DNA of 39,342 nt from an uncultured Spirochaetaceae bacterium (GTDB lineage: Bacteria; Spirochaetota; Spirochaetia; SZUA-6; DRHE01), in contig CAYMGP010000035.1 of assembly GCA_964390045.1 (NCBI GenBank), forward strand, positions 1-39,342. The letters run 5' to 3'. The position numbers and the translations under genes were made by a program. Of the stretch, positions 36,469 through 39,342 are shown one piece after another; the first letter of the stretch is position 1, and every line of letters starts with the position of its first letter. Under the pieces are notes generated by a model. The model saw nothing but the letters and a program-made list of their open reading frames with translations. It was not told the origin of the DNA and ran no database searches.

Positions 36469-37697
36469 GCTTTCTGCTAACCCTTGCCTGGAAAAACCTT
36501 TCCCGTTACAAACGGCGAACCCTGATCACAGCCTGCGCCCTGGCCTTTGGGATCGCCTTGTTTCTCTTTATGGACGGTATGCTGCAGGGGGTGGAGCGAG
36601 AGTCGGAACGTAATATAATCCGGTACGAAGCCGGTTCTGCAAAAATCATGACAACGGAATACCTGGAGGATATCAAGAGCATGCCCCTCAAACACGTTCT
36701 CGAAGATCCTCGGGCCGTGGAACAGGCCCTGGAAGGAGCCGGAGTCACCACCACACGTCGGACGGTTTTTGCCGGGGAGATCTTCTACGGCGAGGGCTCG
36801 ATGTACGTCAAGGTCATCGCCATCGATCCGCAGACCGACGAAAAGATCTATCGGCTCTCCGATACCCTGGCTCAAGGCAGATACCTGGAAACCGGCGAGT
36901 CCGGAGTCGTTTTGGGCGAGTGGCTGGCCCAAGATCTCGGCGTCGAGGTGGGGGATGAGATCACCATCCGCACCCGCACCCGCTATGGGGCCTTTCAGAC
37001 CCTCGAGCTGATCGTGGTTGGTGTATTGAACAGTCCCAACCCGGTGATCAACAAGGGCACGGCCTACGTTCCCCTGTCCCTGGCCGACGAGGCCCTGGAG
37101 ATGGAGGGGGCGGTTACCGAGATCACCCTGTTCTTTCCCGAATGGCAGGACCCCGAGGTCAAGGTAGAGAGCCTGCGATCCCGACTGTCCTCTTTCCCCG
37201 GAATCACGGTGGAGAGTTGGAAGGAGCTGGCCCGCGATTTCCTGATGTTCGCCCAGATGAAAAGCGCGGGCAGCAGCATCATCCTCTTCCTGGTTTTCAT
37301 CATTGCCGCGGTGGGCATCTCCAACACCATGCTCATGGCGGTATACGAACGGGTCCGGGAGATCGGGATGATGCGGGCCATGGGCATGAAGGACGGTGCC
37401 ATCCGTACGGCTTTTCTCTTCGAAGCCGGCGGGATCGGTGTGATCGGCACCCTGGCCGGTATTGTCATCGGTTTGGTGGCCAACTGGTTCATGGTCAACT
37501 ATGGTCTCGACTTTTCCGGTCTCATGGGAGAGATGGATATCGGCTACCGGGTAACCGGCATATTCCACAGCGCCTGGCACCCCCAGGCCTTCGTGGGCGG
37601 GTTCATTTTCGGGGTCTTCGCAGCCATGGTGTTCTCCTTTATTCCCTCATCACGGGCTTTGAAGATGCAGATCACCGAATGTCTCCGTTACGAATAA
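36465..37697 (+). CDS. ABC transporter permease, FtsX/MacB-LolC/E type (4 TM plus a large periplasmic domain)
   Basis: N-terminal TM, a periplasmic domain of about 220 aa, and a C-terminal three-TM FtsX-like region (ISNTMLMAVYERVREIGMMRAMG). ATGA overlap with the ATPase gene. Confidence 0.8.
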   Translation: MSFLLTLAWKNLSRYKRRTLITACALAFGIALFLFMDGMLQGVERESERNIIRYEAGSAKIMTTEYLEDIKSMPLKHVLEDPRAVEQALEGAGVTTTRRTVFAGEIFYGEGSMYVKVIAIDPQTDEKIYRLSDTLAQGRYLETGESGVVLGEWLAQDLGVEVGDEITIRTRTRYGAFQTLELIVVGVLNSPNPVINKGTAYVPLSLADEALEMEGAVTEITLFFPEWQDPEVKVESLRSRLSSFPGITVESWKELARDFLMFAQMKSAGSSIILFLVFIIAAVGISNTMLMAVYERVREIGMMRAMGMKDGAIRTAFLFEAGGIGVIGTLAGIVIGLVANWFMVNYGLDFSGLMGEMDIGYRVTGIFHSAWHPQAFVGGFIFGVFAAMVFSFIPSSRALKMQITECLRYE

Positions 37698-37712
37698 TCT
37701 GAGGAGAAATTA

Positions 37713-38945
37713 ATGAAATTAGGTAGGATAGCCTTTAGAAATATCAGGCGAAACAAACGCCGCAGCCTGCTCTCCGGAACGGCCATTATGATAGCCACCA
37801 TGTTCATCACCTTCATGTTTTCGCTGATCGCCGGAATGCTGGGTGATCTTGAATCCAACGTCGTACGCTATGTATCCGGACACGTCCGTATCCGCCACGT
37901 GGAGTACGACGAGAACGAAGAGCTCAATCCGCTGCACCTCAGTGTGACCGAGTATGAAGAAGTGGTGCGAAGGATGGAATCTGTACCGGAAGTGGCGGCG
38001 GTCGTACCCCGTACCCGCTTTTTCACGGCCATCTACCGCAACGACCGTACCTACGGAGGCATGGGTCTCGGAGTGGATTTCGAGCGGGAAAAAACTGTGA
38101 TGAAGATCCAGGACGCTATCGAACAGGGACGCCTGCCCCAAATGGGGCAGAGGGAGATGGTCCTGTCCGCCGGTCTGGCCGAGGAGCTGGACCTGGACGT
38201 CGGCGAGAAGCTCACCCTGCTCACCAAGAACAAGTACATGGGGATGTCCGGCATGACCTTCACCGTGACCGGAATCGTACGCTTCCTGGTAGCCGGATTC
38301 AACGAGAGCTTCTTCCTCATGCCCATCGATACGACGGCCCGTTTTCTCAAGATGAGCGATGAAGTCACCGAGGTGCTGGTTGTGCTCAACGATTCCAAAG
38401 GGATCGATGAGTTTGTCGAGAAGGCGACGGGGATCCTCGCCGGCATGGATCGAGACAATCTTTCCGCCCAGCCCTGGAACAGGATCGGCTTCGCCGCCGG
38501 CTATATGCAGATGGCCCAAACCGCCTACGACGTGATCGCTCTGGTCTTCTTTATTCTCGCTTCCACGGTCATCGTCAACACCACCATGATGGTCATCTAT
38601 GAGCGCATGCGGGAGATCGGCACCGTAGCGGCCATGGGCATGACCCCGCAGGAGATAGTCCGTCTGTTCTTTCTGGAAGCCTTCTATATCGGTGCGATCG
38701 CCGCTTTTATCGGAGTGTTGCTCGGAATCGGCATCACCATACCTCTGTCCAAAGTGGGGATCGATCTGACCCAGTCCATGGAGGGCGTTGATCTGGAAAT
38801 CAATCCGGTGGTCTACCCCCAGCTGAACATCCGTTCCACGGTATTTGTCTTCTTCTATTCCACGATCATCGCTTCGCTGGCCTCGTTTATCCCCTCCCGG
38901 AGAGCGGCCAAGATCGAACCTGTGGAAGCGCTGCGGGCGATATAG
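37713..38945 (+). CDS. Second ABC transporter permease, FtsX/MacB-LolC/E type
   Basis: Same architecture (VNTTMMVIYERMREIGTVAAMG). GAGGAG RBS. Confidence 0.8.
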   Translation: MKLGRIAFRNIRRNKRRSLLSGTAIMIATMFITFMFSLIAGMLGDLESNVVRYVSGHVRIRHVEYDENEELNPLHLSVTEYEEVVRRMESVPEVAAVVPRTRFFTAIYRNDRTYGGMGLGVDFEREKTVMKIQDAIEQGRLPQMGQREMVLSAGLAEELDLDVGEKLTLLTKNKYMGMSGMTFTVTGIVRFLVAGFNESFFLMPIDTTARFLKMSDEVTEVLVVLNDSKGIDEFVEKATGILAGMDRDNLSAQPWNRIGFAAGYMQMAQTAYDVIALVFFILASTVIVNTTMMVIYERMREIGTVAAMGMTPQEIVRLFFLEAFYIGAIAAFIGVLLGIGITIPLSKVGIDLTQSMEGVDLEINPVVYPQLNIRSTVFVFFYSTIIASLASFIPSRRAAKIEPVEALRAI

Positions 38946-38969
38946 AGAAACCATGGAGGTGAATCCATC

Positions 38970-39342
38970 ATGAAACGATTTATTCTTCTTATAGCTGCAC
39001 TCGGCCTGATCGGAGGCCTGAATGCGGCGGCCATCACGGCCGAGCAGATCGTCGAGGCTGTGCAGGATAACGAGATCCACGGGTCGGAGAGAGTGGAAGG
39101 CTCGATGACCATCAGCGACCGTTTTGGTTCCCGGATCAAGACCTTCGTCAGCTACGCCTCCGGGTCGGACAAGATGCTCCTCGAGTTCACGAATCCCGAA
39201 GAAAGAGGACAGAAGATCCTGCGTCTCGAGGACGAGATCTATCTCTACTTTCCCGAGGCGGAGGAGATCATTCATCTTCAGGGATCCGCTCTCAAAGAAT
39301 CTGTGATGGGCTCGGATTTTTCCTACGAAGACATGACCGGCG
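38970..39342 (+). CDS. LolA-like / outer-membrane lipoprotein-sorting-protein-like periplasmic protein (3' end outside window)
   Basis: GGAGGTG RBS and signal peptide MKRFILLIAALGLIGGLNAAA. The N-terminal sequence (ITAEQIVEAVQDN ... MTISDRFGSRIKTFVSYASGSDKMLLEF) recalls the LolA-like fold family that commonly partners with FtsX-type ABC systems. Confidence 0.5.
   Translation, partial: MKRFILLIAALGLIGGLNAAAITAEQIVEAVQDNEIHGSERVEGSMTISDRFGSRIKTFVSYASGSDKMLLEFTNPEERGQKILRLEDEIYLYFPEAEEIIHLQGSALKESVMGSDFSYEDMTG

Noticed and set aside
37719-39275. 518-aa minus-strand ORF spanning the second FtsX permease and the LolA-like gene
   Set aside because: It is antisense to two well-supported plus-strand genes. 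Its composition is His/Gly/Asp-rich with no motifs. It is a GC-rich antisense artefact.
1-39342. CRISPR arrays, IS elements or transposases, integrases, rRNA/tRNA genes
   Set aside because: I found no regularly spaced direct repeats, no terminal inverted repeats flanking a transposase-like ORF, and no integrase or recombinase motifs. The only repeats are the short tandem and palindromic elements listed above.

Overview
This is a 39.3-kb, high-GC (roughly 60%) bacterial chromosomal segment with dense, mostly housekeeping gene content. Several accessory or unusual modules are embedded in it. I read the following genes in order:

- The 3' part of a [NiFe]-hydrogenase large subunit, starting at the window edge.
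- A hydrogenase maturation endopeptidase that runs, with no stop codon, into a complete CheY-like receiver domain.
- A small membrane protein.
- A large M16 zinc-peptidase lipoprotein.
- A DUF3179-like lipoprotein, divergent from an ECF sigma / ZAS-type anti-sigma pair.
- An Hsp20 gene driven by a near-consensus sigma-54 promoter.
- A LOG/TIGR00725-like protein and a LeuB-like dehydrogenase.
- A truncated DUF4143 ATPase remnant abutting an orphan two-domain DNA methyltransferase, with no restriction enzyme nearby.
- Phosphomannomutase, translationally coupled to a PAS hybrid histidine kinase whose C-terminal receiver is degenerate.
- A rhomboid protease, then prfA-prmC-rel.
- Two tandem giant (1798 and 1550 aa) Ig-like-repeat surface proteins, followed by a membrane-anchored penicillin-amidase-family (Ntn) acylase.
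- A tightly coupled six-gene operon: GntR(YtrA-like) – SPFH – ABC ATPase – two MacB/LolCE-type FtsX permeases – LolA-like lipoprotein, running off the window end.

I found no rRNA, tRNA, CRISPR array, or recognisable IS or transposase. Many long antisense ORFs in the ORF track are high-GC artefacts. Coordinates I derived myself (start-codon choices, motifs, repeats) should be treated as accurate to about ±2 nt, because at one place (around 11.1 kb) my base count and the ORF track disagree by one base.
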